Shown one piece after another: positions 41,384 to 51,400 of a stretch of 64,000 bases of DNA. The stretch is from Vicinamibacteria bacterium (GTDB taxonomy: Bacteria > Acidobacteriota > Vicinamibacteria > Marinacidobacterales > Marinacidobacteraceae): positions 896,001 to 960,000 of the forward strand of contig CAXXLQ010000004.1 in the NCBI GenBank assembly GCA_963668695.2. The letters run 5' to 3'. The notes under the pieces were generated by a model. The model saw only the letters and a list, made by a program, of their open reading frames with translations. It had not been told where the DNA came from and searched no databases. The translations under genes and the position numbers were made by a program. Position 1 is the first letter of the stretch. Each line of letters starts with the position of its first letter.

Positions 41384-42193
41384 ATGGGCCGAAAACTCCG
41401 GGGGCATCGGGTCTTGGTCACCGGCGCAGCCCGGGGACTCGGCGCCTCGGCCGCGCTGGGGCTCGCCGAAGCGGGCGCGGAGTGCATCCTGCTGGACCGG
41501 TCGCGGGACGAGCTCCAGGCGACCGTCGAAACGGCAGCGAGCCGGGGACCGGGCCCCTTCCACGCGCTGGTCTGCGACCTCGCTGACCGGGAGAGCACGC
41601 TCGACGCGGCGGCCCGCGCGAAGGAGGCCGTCAGGGGAGACTTGCGCGCCCTCGTGCACTGCGCCGCGGTGCTTCATCTGCGGTCCGTAGAGGAGACGAC
41701 GGACGCGCAGTGGGACGAGATGCTGGCCGTGAATCTGCGATCGGCATTCCTGCTCGTTCGGGAGTTCATGCCCGAGCTCCGGGCGGGGAGCGGCGGTTCC
41801 ATCCTGTTCGCCAGCTCGCGGGCAGGAATCATGGGCTTTCCCCAGGAGAGCGCCTACTGCGCCACCAAGTTCGGGATCGAGGGCCTCGCCAAGGCGCTCG
41901 CCGAGGAATGCGGGGACATCGGAATTGTTGCGAACACGATTACGGCGGGGACGCGGCGCATCAAACCCACCGGGCTTTCCCGCGCCGAGGAAGCCGCCCT
42001 TCCCGCGAGCGCACGGTTCTGGGGATCCTCGGAGGCGCTCGGTCCCGCGTTCGCGGCCTTTGCCCTCCTGCCCGGCGCCAGGCGCGGGGCGCCGAACGGG
42101 GGCCGGTTCGAAGCCGACCGGGTGGCGGACATGGTCCGTGGCCGGGGCCTTCCGCTTCCCGGCGAGGCGTGGAAGGAACTTAGCAGCCTGTGA
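41384..42193 (+). CDS. short-chain dehydrogenase/reductase
   Basis: TGAARGLG, YCATK; stop codon lies inside MITE copy F. Confidence 0.88.
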   Translation: MGRKLRGHRVLVTGAARGLGASAALGLAEAGAECILLDRSRDELQATVETAASRGPGPFHALVCDLADRESTLDAAARAKEAVRGDLRALVHCAAVLHLRSVEETTDAQWDEMLAVNLRSAFLLVREFMPELRAGSGGSILFASSRAGIMGFPQESAYCATKFGIEGLAKALAEECGDIGIVANTITAGTRRIKPTGLSRAEEAALPASARFWGSSEALGPAFAAFALLPGARRGAPNGGRFEADRVADMVRGRGLPLPGEAWKELSSL

Positions 42194-42380
42194 ACAAAGT
42201 AGCGCGGCGTTCGACCGGCGATGCATCCCGCCTGAACCGCTTCACTTCGTTCCGCTCATCGTTGCGTTTCGGTCGAAATACACCAGGTATTCCTCCCTCA
42301 CGCGCCTCGTCAGCCGGACCCCCACCGGGAGAACTGGGCCTCACCGATCTCGGCGCTCACGCCACTTTATCCACAGGCTA
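42184..42380. mobile_element. MITE copy F (197 bp, DnaA-box TIR variant)
   Basis: Flanks TTAG/CTAG; TIR CAGCCTGTGAACAAAGT / ACTTTATCCACAGGCTA. Confidence 0.88.
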
Positions 42381-42387
42381 CTAGCGG

Positions 42388-44355
42388 ATGAGCCATTTCT
42401 GTCCCATTCCGGTTTCCGACCGGTCGCACGCGCTGAGCGAGGGGCGGGCCCTCCCCGACCGCGGGGCGGCACTTGCTCCGGAGCACGCCGCCGCGCTCCG
42501 GTCCGCGCTGCTCAGCGGGGAGACGCACTACACGCCGCGCCCGGGTCTTCCGGAACTGCGAGAGGCGATCGCCCAGCGGATCGAGGCCGCCGGAGCGCCG
42601 GCCGGAGGCACCGTGGTCGTTACCGCCGGGCGGCAGGAGGCGCTCTTTGTCGCGCTCGCCGGGGCGCGGGCGGAGGGCGGTGACACCCCCGCCACTGTGG
42701 TCCTGTCCCCGGCGACCCATCTGGACCCCGGAGTGCGCGCCGCCTGCGCGGTGCTCGATCTGTTTCCGGTGGTGGATGAATCTCGCCAGCCGCTGGCTGA
42801 CGAGACCGGTCTGAAGTCCGGCACTCGCGAAGGCGCGGTCGCGCGGGTCTCCACACCGGAGGAAACAGGCACCGGCGCGCCGATGGAAATTGTGGACTGC
42901 GGGGACCGGTTGCTCGGCCGGGACGACGCGGAAGCGTCCTTTCTCGCCGGAGTTGGGCTCGCCGGAGTTGGGGAAGACGCGGTGCTCGTCGGATCGCTCG
43001 ACGGCCTGCCCGAGCTCGCGCCGTTCCGGGTGGGCTTCTTCCGGGCGCCGCCCCGGTTGCTCGGCCGGCTGCGGAGTCTGAAGCAGGCGATCTCGATCTG
43101 CACCGCCGCGCCGTCGCAGCGCACCGCGGCGCTGCTGCTGGGGGCCGCGCCGGCAAGGCCGGGTCCGCGCCCCGTGCTGGCCAAGCCGCGTCCGCGCCCC
43201 GTGCTGGCCAAGCCCAGTAAGGACGATTCCCGCTATTCGCTGATGGAACTGGCCGCGAGTCTCGACGGAGTCGTGAGCCTCGGCAGAGGCGATCCCGACG
43301 CCGACGCCCCGGAGTCGGTTCTGGAGGCTGCCTGCGCCCGAATCGGCGAGACCGAACCGCTCGACCCCCGCGGGCAACGCTGGCTCCGCGAACGGATCGT
43401 CGAGCGCGAGGAGGCCCGGACGGGTGTTCGTTGGGACCCGGACACCGAAACCCTGGTCACCGGCGGCGCCCAGGAGGGCATCACCCTCGCCATGCTGGCC
43501 CTGGTCGGCGAGCGCGAGGAGGTGCTGCTGGCCGATCCCCGCTACACGTCCTACGAACAGGCCATCGCGCTCGCGCGGGGACGCATGGCGCCCGTCCCCT
43601 GCGGCGGGAAGAACGGGGACGGACACGAAGACTTCGGGATGCGCGCCGCCGCGACCGAGGAGGCACTCCGCCGGACCGAGCGACCCCGGCTGCTCGCCAT
43701 CGTGAACTTCTCCAACCCGACCGGCGCCCGGACCCGCGCCGGGGAGGTCGAGGACCTCTGCCGGATGGCGGACCGCCACCACCTCTGGGTGCTTTCCGAC
43801 GAGGTCTACGCCGACATGGCGCTCGACGGGGAGGGACCGGTTCTGTCGCCATCCACGCTGCCCGGCATGCGCAACCGGACGCTGACGATGGGAAGCGTCT
43901 CCAAGAGCTACGCGATGACCGGCTTCCGCATCGGCTACCTGACCGGGCCGGCGTATGCCATCGCCGCCTGCGCCCGGGCGAAGGCGGCGCTCTCCGGTCC
44001 GAGCCCGCTGTTTTCGCAACGAGCGGCAGCGGCGGCGCTGGCCGGGGGCGAAGCGTTCCCCGCCCGGCTCCGGGCAATCTACGCCCCGCGGCGGCGCCTG
44101 CTCCTCGACGGGCTCGCCCGGCTCGGCATCCCGACCGCCGCGCACGGGGGCGGCTTCTTCGTCTGGGCGGACATCTCCCGCTTCGGCCTTTCAGCAGAAT
44201 CCTTCTGCCGCCGCCTCCTCATCGAGGCGCGGGTCCTCCTGTTCCCGGGGACCGCGTTCGGGAAGAGCTGGGACCGCTACGCGAGGGTTTCCATGCTCCA
44301 GTCGGAAGATCAGATCCGGGAAGCGCTCGCGCGGATGGAAGCCTTCGGCGGCTGA
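42388..44355 (+). CDS. tandem class I/II aminotransferase (degenerate N-terminal copy plus intact C-terminal copy)
   Basis: THYTPRPGLPELREAIA in the N-half; NPTG, SDEVY and SVSKSYAMTGFRIGY in the C-half. Confidence 0.85.
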   Translation: MSHFCPIPVSDRSHALSEGRALPDRGAALAPEHAAALRSALLSGETHYTPRPGLPELREAIAQRIEAAGAPAGGTVVVTAGRQEALFVALAGARAEGGDTPATVVLSPATHLDPGVRAACAVLDLFPVVDESRQPLADETGLKSGTREGAVARVSTPEETGTGAPMEIVDCGDRLLGRDDAEASFLAGVGLAGVGEDAVLVGSLDGLPELAPFRVGFFRAPPRLLGRLRSLKQAISICTAAPSQRTAALLLGAAPARPGPRPVLAKPRPRPVLAKPSKDDSRYSLMELAASLDGVVSLGRGDPDADAPESVLEAACARIGETEPLDPRGQRWLRERIVEREEARTGVRWDPDTETLVTGGAQEGITLAMLALVGEREEVLLADPRYTSYEQAIALARGRMAPVPCGGKNGDGHEDFGMRAAATEEALRRTERPRLLAIVNFSNPTGARTRAGEVEDLCRMADRHHLWVLSDEVYADMALDGEGPVLSPSTLPGMRNRTLTMGSVSKSYAMTGFRIGYLTGPAYAIAACARAKAALSGPSPLFSQRAAAAALAGGEAFPARLRAIYAPRRRLLLDGLARLGIPTAAHGGGFFVWADISRFGLSAESFCRRLLIEARVLLFPGTAFGKSWDRYARVSMLQSEDQIREALARMEAFGG

Positions 44356-44402
44356 ACGCACCCGTTCCGGCCGCACGGCTTCCTGGGGCGTTCGCTGCCG
44401 CG

Positions 44403-44696
44403 TCAGCGCGCCAACTCTTCCTGGACGATTGAAGGCCGCTTGGCGATCAGTGCGAGCAACACGCGCGCCGGCCCCTCCGGTCGCCGACGGCCCTGCTCCC
44501 AGTTCTTGAGCGTACCTAGCGGGATGCCGATGCTCCGGGCGAAGGCCGGTTGCGACAGCCCGGTCCTGCGGCGAATCGCAACGACGTCGGTATCGGACAC
44601 CTCGATGTCATGCACGACAAACCCGCTGCGATTCCCCTCGAGGTAGGCGCGCGCATCGTCGAGCCCCACCATGATCTTGTCGAATGTCTTGGTCAT
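44403..44696 (-). CDS. HTH XRE antitoxin (HigA-like)
   Basis: IRRRTGLSQPAFA...TLKNWEQGRRRPEGPARVLL. Confidence 0.88.
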   Translation of the reverse strand: MTKTFDKIMVGLDDARAYLEGNRSGFVVHDIEVSDTDVVAIRRRTGLSQPAFARSIGIPLGTLKNWEQGRRRPEGPARVLLALIAKRPSIVQEELAR

Positions 44697-45032
44697 CGGT
44701 CCCCCCGGTAGTCCGCCGCCAGTTCCTTCGCGGCGCGGATCAGCACCGTGCGCTCCTCCACACTGAGGCCTGTCTTCTCGTTCTTGGCGAAGACGGACAG
44801 CAGGAACACCGGAATGTCCTCGCCTGCGAACAGGAATACCACTCGTGCGCCGCCACGCTTGCCGCGTCCCGGAAGAGCGATGCGGGCCTTTCGAACCCCG
44901 CCGCCGAGCGCCACGCCCGCCCGGGGATTTTCTGCCACCATGGTTGATGACATCGGCGCGGAGAGCGTCGGATAGAACACCGCGCGCCGCCGCGAGGTAG
45001 GCAGGTGTCTCCACAACGGTTTGCAGCACCAC
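44693..45032 (-). pseudogene. RelE/HigB toxin with frameshift near 44940
   Basis: LQTVVETPAY in one frame; GGVRKAR...GKRGGARVV...FAKNEK in another. Confidence 0.75.
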
Positions 45033-45177
45033 ATCGCGAGTAGAATAGACGCCAGTGACGCCGGGAGTCAATGGCGTCCAAACCGGGGGTTGACCACCCG
45101 GGTGTTCCGGCGCGCGCGGCACCGAACTGACGCTTGGAGGAACCCCGCTCCTTGACCTTGGAGCGATCAGAAAAGCC

Positions 45178-45549
45178 GACTGGGTACTGACCACCCATGA
45201 AACCCCTCGCGACTACCGGCACAGCTTCGGGCGCATTCCCTGGAGCGTCGGCGTTTTCGACGAAGCCTGGAAGATCAAGAACCCGGCCGCCCGACTGACC
45301 GAAGCGGCGCTGCCCATGAACATCGATTTCGTGGACGTCTACCTACCGATAGCCCATCATCCTCGTTTCGCGGACTTCAGCTTTGATGTTCGGCTCGACG
45401 CGTTGCTGGAAAGGAAGCGCAGGATGAACCGCCGCGTACTCGCTCCTTCGACGGCCAGTGAGGGCGATGTGTCTCAACTCTTCGATGAAACAACCGAACA
45501 CGCACTGGAATTTGCGCGGGGAACGCCGGATAGCGTGGACGTGGACTGA
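45178..45549 (+). pseudogene. internally deleted SNF2 helicase remnant (ZorD-like)
   Basis: VLTTHET...SFGRIPW...VFDEAWKIKNP joined directly to C-terminal VYLP...SFDVRLDALLERKR. Confidence 0.6.
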
Positions 45550-45668
45550 GAGCGCCCAGAGCCGACCCTTGCGGATGGCCGAGACGCTGCGAAATCCGAT
45601 AGATCCGCCAGCCCAACGTTGGATCGTCCCGTTCCCGTAGAATGGGATTCGAGCGGGAGGAACGCGCG

Positions 45669-47117
45669 ATGAAGGAACGACGGAACTGGGGTTGGCTTCT
45701 TGGACCCGGGATCGCGCTTGCGATCCTCGCCGCCTGCGGAGGCGGAAGCGAACCAGCGGAAGAGGCGGATGACGGCCGCTTCCGGAAATACGCCGCCGGG
45801 ATCGCGGCGCACCATCTCTGTTCCGGCACCTTCGTGGTCGGGCGGGTCACCGAGCGGACGCCCGAGACGGTGCTCGCCGGGGACATCGCGCCCTTCGTCG
45901 GGTTCGCCTGGCAGGACGACTTCGAGTGGGACGTGGACATGGAGGCAATGAGCGCCACCGTCTGGGCGGCCGACGTGGCCCCGCGTACCGCGAAGTACCA
46001 CGGGGACCAGGGGTGCACTCTCCTGGAAGACGGCGCCGATTCGGTGCGTTTCACGCCGGTCCCGGTGCCCCGGAACCAGCCCCCGGCGGACGAGCAGGAC
46101 TGGCCGCTCGGCGACATCGGCGCGGAAGAACCCGATCAGGCCGGCGTGGACCGGGCGGCGCTCGACGCGGCGCTCGACGCCGCCATGGGCACCGAGGAGC
46201 AAAACACCCGGGCCCTCGCGGTGGTCCGGCACGGGAAGATCGTCGGCGAGCGCTACGCGCCCGGCTTCACCCGGAACACCCCGCAGATCAGTTGGTCGGA
46301 GGGCAAGAGCGTCACCGCGACCCTGATCGGGGTGCTCATGCAGAAAGGGCACTTCGGGCTCGACGACCCGGCGCCGGTCGCCGAGTGGCGCGCGGAGGGC
46401 GACCCCCGCGGGGTCATCCTGATGCGGCACCTCCTGACCATGAGCAGCGGGCTCGACATGACGAACCTGGGACTCGACGGAGCGTCCTCCCTGATCCCCG
46501 AGAACGAGCACATGCGCGTCTATTTCGATTCGCTCAACGTCTTCGAGCACGCCTCCGGCCAGCCCTACGGCATCCCGCCGGGCACCGAATTCCGCTACCG
46601 CAACTCGGATCCGCTGACTCTCGGACGCATCGTGCGCGAGACGGTCGAGAACAACGGCAAGGAGTACCTCACCCACCCGCAGCGGATGCTGTTCGACCGG
46701 ATCGGCTCCCGCGACTTCGTGCTCGAGCCCGACCCCTGGGGCAATTTCATCCTCAGCGGCTACGAATACGGCAGCGCCGCCGACTGGATGCGCTTCGGAC
46801 TCCTCCACCTCTGGGACGGCGTCTTCGAGGGCGACCGCATCCTGCCCGAGGGCTGGTCGGAGTTCGTGAGCAGCCCCTCCCCGGGAGCGCAGAACGGGGA
46901 ATACGGCGGGTTGTGGTGGCTGAACCTCGGCGGACGCCACCCGGACATCCCGTCCGACGCCTACTGGGCCTCGGGGTTCATGGGACAAACCACCATGGTG
47001 ATCCCTTCACGCGATGTGGTGGTGGTCCGACTCGGGCCGAGCCCCGGCGGATTCGACGAGTACCTGAACGCCACGGTGGGGGCGATCCTGGCCGCGTTCG
47101 ACGACAGCGCGGAATAG
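45669..47117 (+). CDS. serine hydrolase (beta-lactamase family) lipoprotein
   Basis: LAAC lipobox; SWSEGKS, FRYRNSD, ASGFMGQ. Confidence 0.88.
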   Translation: MKERRNWGWLLGPGIALAILAACGGGSEPAEEADDGRFRKYAAGIAAHHLCSGTFVVGRVTERTPETVLAGDIAPFVGFAWQDDFEWDVDMEAMSATVWAADVAPRTAKYHGDQGCTLLEDGADSVRFTPVPVPRNQPPADEQDWPLGDIGAEEPDQAGVDRAALDAALDAAMGTEEQNTRALAVVRHGKIVGERYAPGFTRNTPQISWSEGKSVTATLIGVLMQKGHFGLDDPAPVAEWRAEGDPRGVILMRHLLTMSSGLDMTNLGLDGASSLIPENEHMRVYFDSLNVFEHASGQPYGIPPGTEFRYRNSDPLTLGRIVRETVENNGKEYLTHPQRMLFDRIGSRDFVLEPDPWGNFILSGYEYGSAADWMRFGLLHLWDGVFEGDRILPEGWSEFVSSPSPGAQNGEYGGLWWLNLGGRHPDIPSDAYWASGFMGQTTMVIPSRDVVVVRLGPSPGGFDEYLNATVGAILAAFDDSAE

Positions 47118-47352
47118 GAAGCGGCATCGGCCGGCGCGCCCGTTCCGCCGGCGGGATCCCGCTACCTCCGAAAGCCTGTGACCAGGACGATCTTGCGCGC
47201 CATCTATCCGGGGAGGGAATCTCCCCGCGTCATCCAGGGCGGGGAGCCCTGCCGCATCCGCCGGCGGGACATGGTGTTGGCGGTGGGCGCGACGGGCGCC
47301 GTCGGCTGACGACGCCCGCCGGCCGCTGGCCGGATCAATTTTCCGTCCGGAA

Positions 47353-48006
47353 CTATTCGGTTCTCCCCCGGCAAACCGCATCTGCGGTTTTCCGTACCGC
47401 AAACCTGAGTGCGGGCCCGACCTCATAGGTCCCCGCGTGGTCGCTGCCGTCATCGTGGTCATGAAGATCACCGTTGATTCCGACGACTACCTCCCGCACA
47501 TCGCTGCAACCGGGACACACCCCGATGCTGCCGGGCGTCGCCACCGCGAGAACCGTCTCACCGTCTTCGAGCTCAAACGCGTTCTCGGCAGGCGCGGGCG
47601 GGGGCTCGTGCCTCCTTTCCCCCAGGGGGGTCGTGCTTTCCAGCTCCGGATCGGAAATGTAGAACGATCCGTGAAGGTCTCCCAGAGGGTCGGACCGACG
47701 CACCACCAGGGCTGGAATGGGGTCGCCCTCGCAAAGTTGCTCCTCGCTGGCCGGAGTCTCCCTTTCGATCCATACGCGGTGACCACCCTCGTGTCGGACT
47801 TCAGGTCCTGCCGGCCCATCGGATGGATGCAAATTCGTTTTCAATCGCTCCGGTACCGCGACACTCGCTGACGCTTCGAATTCGTCAACGGTAGCCGCAG
47901 GCTCCGGTACCGTGGAAGGCGCCATGTCGCTGTTACAGGCCGCCCACGTGCCGATACCTGTCGCAATGAGGGCGTAGACGACGCCCATCGCCATTCTTTT
48001 TCTCAT
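47353..48006 (-). CDS. hypothetical lipoprotein (paralog of 49438-50364)
   Basis: WAAC lipobox; shared LCEGD...RRSD...CPxC domain. Confidence 0.65.
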   Translation of the reverse strand: MRKRMAMGVVYALIATGIGTWAACNSDMAPSTVPEPAATVDEFEASASVAVPERLKTNLHPSDGPAGPEVRHEGGHRVWIERETPASEEQLCEGDPIPALVVRRSDPLGDLHGSFYISDPELESTTPLGERRHEPPPAPAENAFELEDGETVLAVATPGSIGVCPGCSDVREVVVGINGDLHDHDDGSDHAGTYEVGPALRFAVRKTADAVCRGRTE

Positions 48007-48109
48007 ATCTTCTTTCTCCTTGAGATTGCATGAGTTTCTTGTTGCTTGAAGGTCACTTTCGCGTCGCGGGCCACATGTCCCGGCGCGGCGGCCGCTGCGC
48101 TCCTGGCGC

Positions 48110-49400
48110 TGAGAGCCGACTCGCTGTTTCCCGGTGGACGAGTGCGGTGTTCGGAACGATCTGCCGGGTGCCGACGGAACTCCGGTCCCCTTCGTCGTGG
48201 TGAGTTCGGTCACATCTCGCGCCTCTGGAGACTCCTTCGGACCGCGCACTTCACGGACGCGCACGGACAGTTTGTCCTGGAAGGACTCCCGCCGGGACGG
48301 ACGATGCTGTGGATCCATCCGTACTTCGTTCCGACGGCCCACTTCTTCAGCGCCAGCGAACCGGGCGCGGACGACATCCACCACGCGCTGGTCTGGTCGG
48401 TGGTCGAAGCCGGCCGGATCGTGGACGTCGGAGAAATCACGGTCACGAGCCACCCCGGAGGACCGCAAGTGACGTTTCCTCGCCGGTCGCGTGTTGAACT
48501 GGCCGTCGGCCTTCTTCTGGGGCTCGGGTGTCAGTCCGAGCAGTCGGCGGTTCCCCGACCCACCACCCTACCGGCGCCCGCACCACCGGCACCGACTCCA
48601 CCGGAGGAACCTGCGACCAACTACCTTGTTCCGGGTTTCACCGGGCTGTACTTCACCCCCGGGCAGCCTCTTCTGCTCACGGAGGGATCGACCGTTTTCG
48701 TGGGTGTCACTGGTTGGACAGTTACTGCTCTCCGAACATGCGGCTGCGAATCCTTTCCGACGCGCCGCCGGGCGAACTGTCGGTAACACCTTCGGTGGAA
48801 ATCGGCCCGAGACTGGGGAATCCCGACGCCTTGTTGTTGACGGCGGTCGCCGACGATCGCGAGAGGGAGGCCCCGGCGACCTACAACCTGGAGATCCAAG
48901 GGCCCCTTCCACTGGCGCCCGGTTGGGCCGATGACCTGTCTCGGGCGAAGATGCAGGTGACCGTCCTGGACGGTGACTCAGGGCCCGGCGAAGATTCGGA
49001 GAGTTTCGGTTGTGACGAAACGTCGCTGCTGGCCGTTGCGCACCGAGACACCCGGGATGCCGGGAGCTGGATGCGGGCGCTCTACGGAGAGGAACTCCAC
49101 GAGTACATCTCCGGAGAGATCCGGTTGCGCGCCGTCCATCCGAAGGCGGTGCTCTCGCTGCTCGCTCCATACCGGCAACCGTCACGCACGACGAAGAGGA
49201 GGAGGCAGAGCGGCCCACGGACCGCCCCTATCCGTTCGGCTTCCTGATCGATCTCGGCTCTCGGGACTTCGCAAACGGGTTTGAGCAGACGTTGAGCCTG
49301 GCCTGGTTCGACGACCTCGAGGTGCGGGTCGAAACTCCGGGATGCGACGCCCTCGAGACGGTCTGCACCGCTGCCGCCTGCCGCTTGCGCTGAGCGCTAT
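48110..49400 (+). pseudogene. fragmented secreted/lipoprotein genes
   Basis: TDAHGQFVLEGLPPG (carboxypeptidase-regulatory-like); a lipoprotein starting near 48470 is split over frames; its 3' part recurs at about 50820-51169. Confidence 0.45.
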
Positions 49401-49437
49401 CCACCCGAAGAGCGCCATTTCTGTCCGGAAGCGGGCA

Positions 49438-50364
49438 TCACCGCTGCTGGCAGAGTTCGTCCGTCGCCTTTCGGATCTGAAACACGAAGGCGTCGCCGAT
49501 CCGATAGCTCCCCGGGTCGCGGCCATCGTCTTCGGTGTAAATCAGGTCGTTGATTCCCAGGACGACATCCCTTTTCTCACCGCAGTCGGGACAACGACCG
49601 ATTCTCTTTTCGTCCAGCTCATACGTCACAATCGAGTCCTCGCCGTCCGCAAAACGGAACGGCCCTTCAATGGGCGAAAGTTGAGGCGTTCTGCTTTCCA
49701 TCTCCGGATCCACCAGGTAGACCGATCCTCGAAGTTCGCCCGCCGAATCCGATCTGCGTATGCCGATCACATGAATGTAATCGCCCTCGCACAGTTCCAT
49801 GTCTTTCGGAGGACTCGTTCCATAGATCCATACATCAGGATCCGGCAGCTCCTCAACTTCTGGCTCCTCAACTTCTGGCTCCTCAACTTCCGGCTCCTCA
49901 ACTTCCGGCTCCTCAACTTCCGGCTCCTCAACTTCCGGCTCCTCAGGTGAAGCAGTGTAGGACTGTTCGGAACCAGGAACACATTGACCAAGGCCGTCAT
50001 CGATACAGCACTGGTAGTCAGGACTGGAAAAATACGCAGTATTGTGTCCGCATTTGGGATGCCATCCAGTAAGCGTGTTCAAGAACTGGATCGGCACACA
50101 TCTTCGGCCGTCATCCGTTTGCCAATTGCCGCCATCGTCGTGAAGGCAATCGTGCCAGGGCGGTTTTTCGAACGTCAGCGCGGCCGTTTCGGTAACGGTC
50201 GCAAGAACAGTGGACGACGCATCAACCTCTAGTGATGCAGGCGGAAGCAGTGCGGCAGGTTCGGGCACCGTAGATGGCCCCGTGCCATTGTTGCAGGCTA
50301 TCCAGCTACCGAAGCAGATCGCGATGATCGTTCCGATTCCATGTAACGTAATTCGTCTTTGCAT
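49438..50364 (-). CDS. hypothetical Cys-rich lipoprotein with EEPEV repeat linker
   Basis: WIAC lipobox; (EEPEV)6. Confidence 0.65.
   Translation of the reverse strand: MQRRITLHGIGTIIAICFGSWIACNNGTGPSTVPEPAALLPPASLEVDASSTVLATVTETAALTFEKPPWHDCLHDDGGNWQTDDGRRCVPIQFLNTLTGWHPKCGHNTAYFSSPDYQCCIDDGLGQCVPGSEQSYTASPEEPEVEEPEVEEPEVEEPEVEEPEVEEPEVEELPDPDVWIYGTSPPKDMELCEGDYIHVIGIRRSDSAGELRGSVYLVDPEMESRTPQLSPIEGPFRFADGEDSIVTYELDEKRIGRCPDCGEKRDVVLGINDLIYTEDDGRDPGSYRIGDAFVFQIRKATDELCQQR
49848..49944. repeat. 15-bp coding tandem repeat, about 6.5 units
   Basis: GCTCCTCAACTTCYG units. Confidence 0.95.
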
Positions 50365-51400
50365 TTTCTTACCTCTTTTGGTTTCTTCTCTTCATGCCAC
50401 TGAAAGCGTGCCGCCAACAGTTACGACATATCTCCTCTTCACCAAGGTCGGTCCAAGGCATTCCTTTCCTGCTTTGGAAATGCCCAGCCTGTGGCTTGTC
50501 TTACGGAAGAAGTCGCGATGCTCAACCAGCATCGTCGCGGGTATGGCTGCCCAAGACGGCGGACCCTCGATAGTCGATGGATCGCGTCACGAAAAGCAAG
50601 GGCTCTGCTGCCCGCAGCGCGAGTCATTTCGTCAATGACTCGGACGCTCAGCCATGTCCCGTCTTGCGGAACCAGCGACCCTGTGCTTCGTCGTATCACT
50701 CTTGTCTCGTCTCCTGAGTTCTAGCACGCCAGCGGCGACATTTCAAGTTTTATGGAAATGTCGGAGTCATCCCAGCAGAAACGACGCGCTCGTTGTCAAA
50801 CGCACCTCGCGGCCAGCGCGTACCGGGACGCACGGGATACCGGAAACTGGGTGCGGGGGTCCACGGGGACGGCCTGACCCAGTGTTCCGCCGCGTACGTT
50901 TTGTGCGCACCACACACCCGAAGGCGGCGCTTTCCCGACTCGCTCCACACCGGCGACCCTTGGCGTACCGGGAAGAAGAAGGCGGGCCGCCTCTGGGTCG
51001 CCCCTACCCCTTCGGCTTCCTCTTCGGTCTAAGTCTCCGCGAGACCCGAGGGGGCTTCGAGTCCACGATGAACCCGGCCTGGCTCGACGGTCTCCACATG
51101 CCGCTCGAAACTCCGGGATGCGAAGCGCTGGAGGCGGCCTGCGACGACGGCGCCTGCCGGGGTCGCTGAGCGGAGCCAGAGAAGGGACTCGAGCTCTCTT
51201 AGTGTGAAAAACAGGACGACATAGGCTGAGTTACTCAGTTCAATGATTAGGGTTGGAAATGGACACGGGAGGACCGAAGAGAAATTGGGGAGGGGCAGGA
51301 AGAAAGCCAGAACAAATAGAGCGGCGCTCTTTCTCTTTCCATTACTGTCCAAATAGGAATTGTATTTTGAGTTCAGACGGTCCAGAGACAAAATAGACAT

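Noticed and set aside
51029-51400. AT-rich ORF upstream of the AAA+ gene
   Set aside because: No recognisable motif; probably a foreign fragment or promoter region
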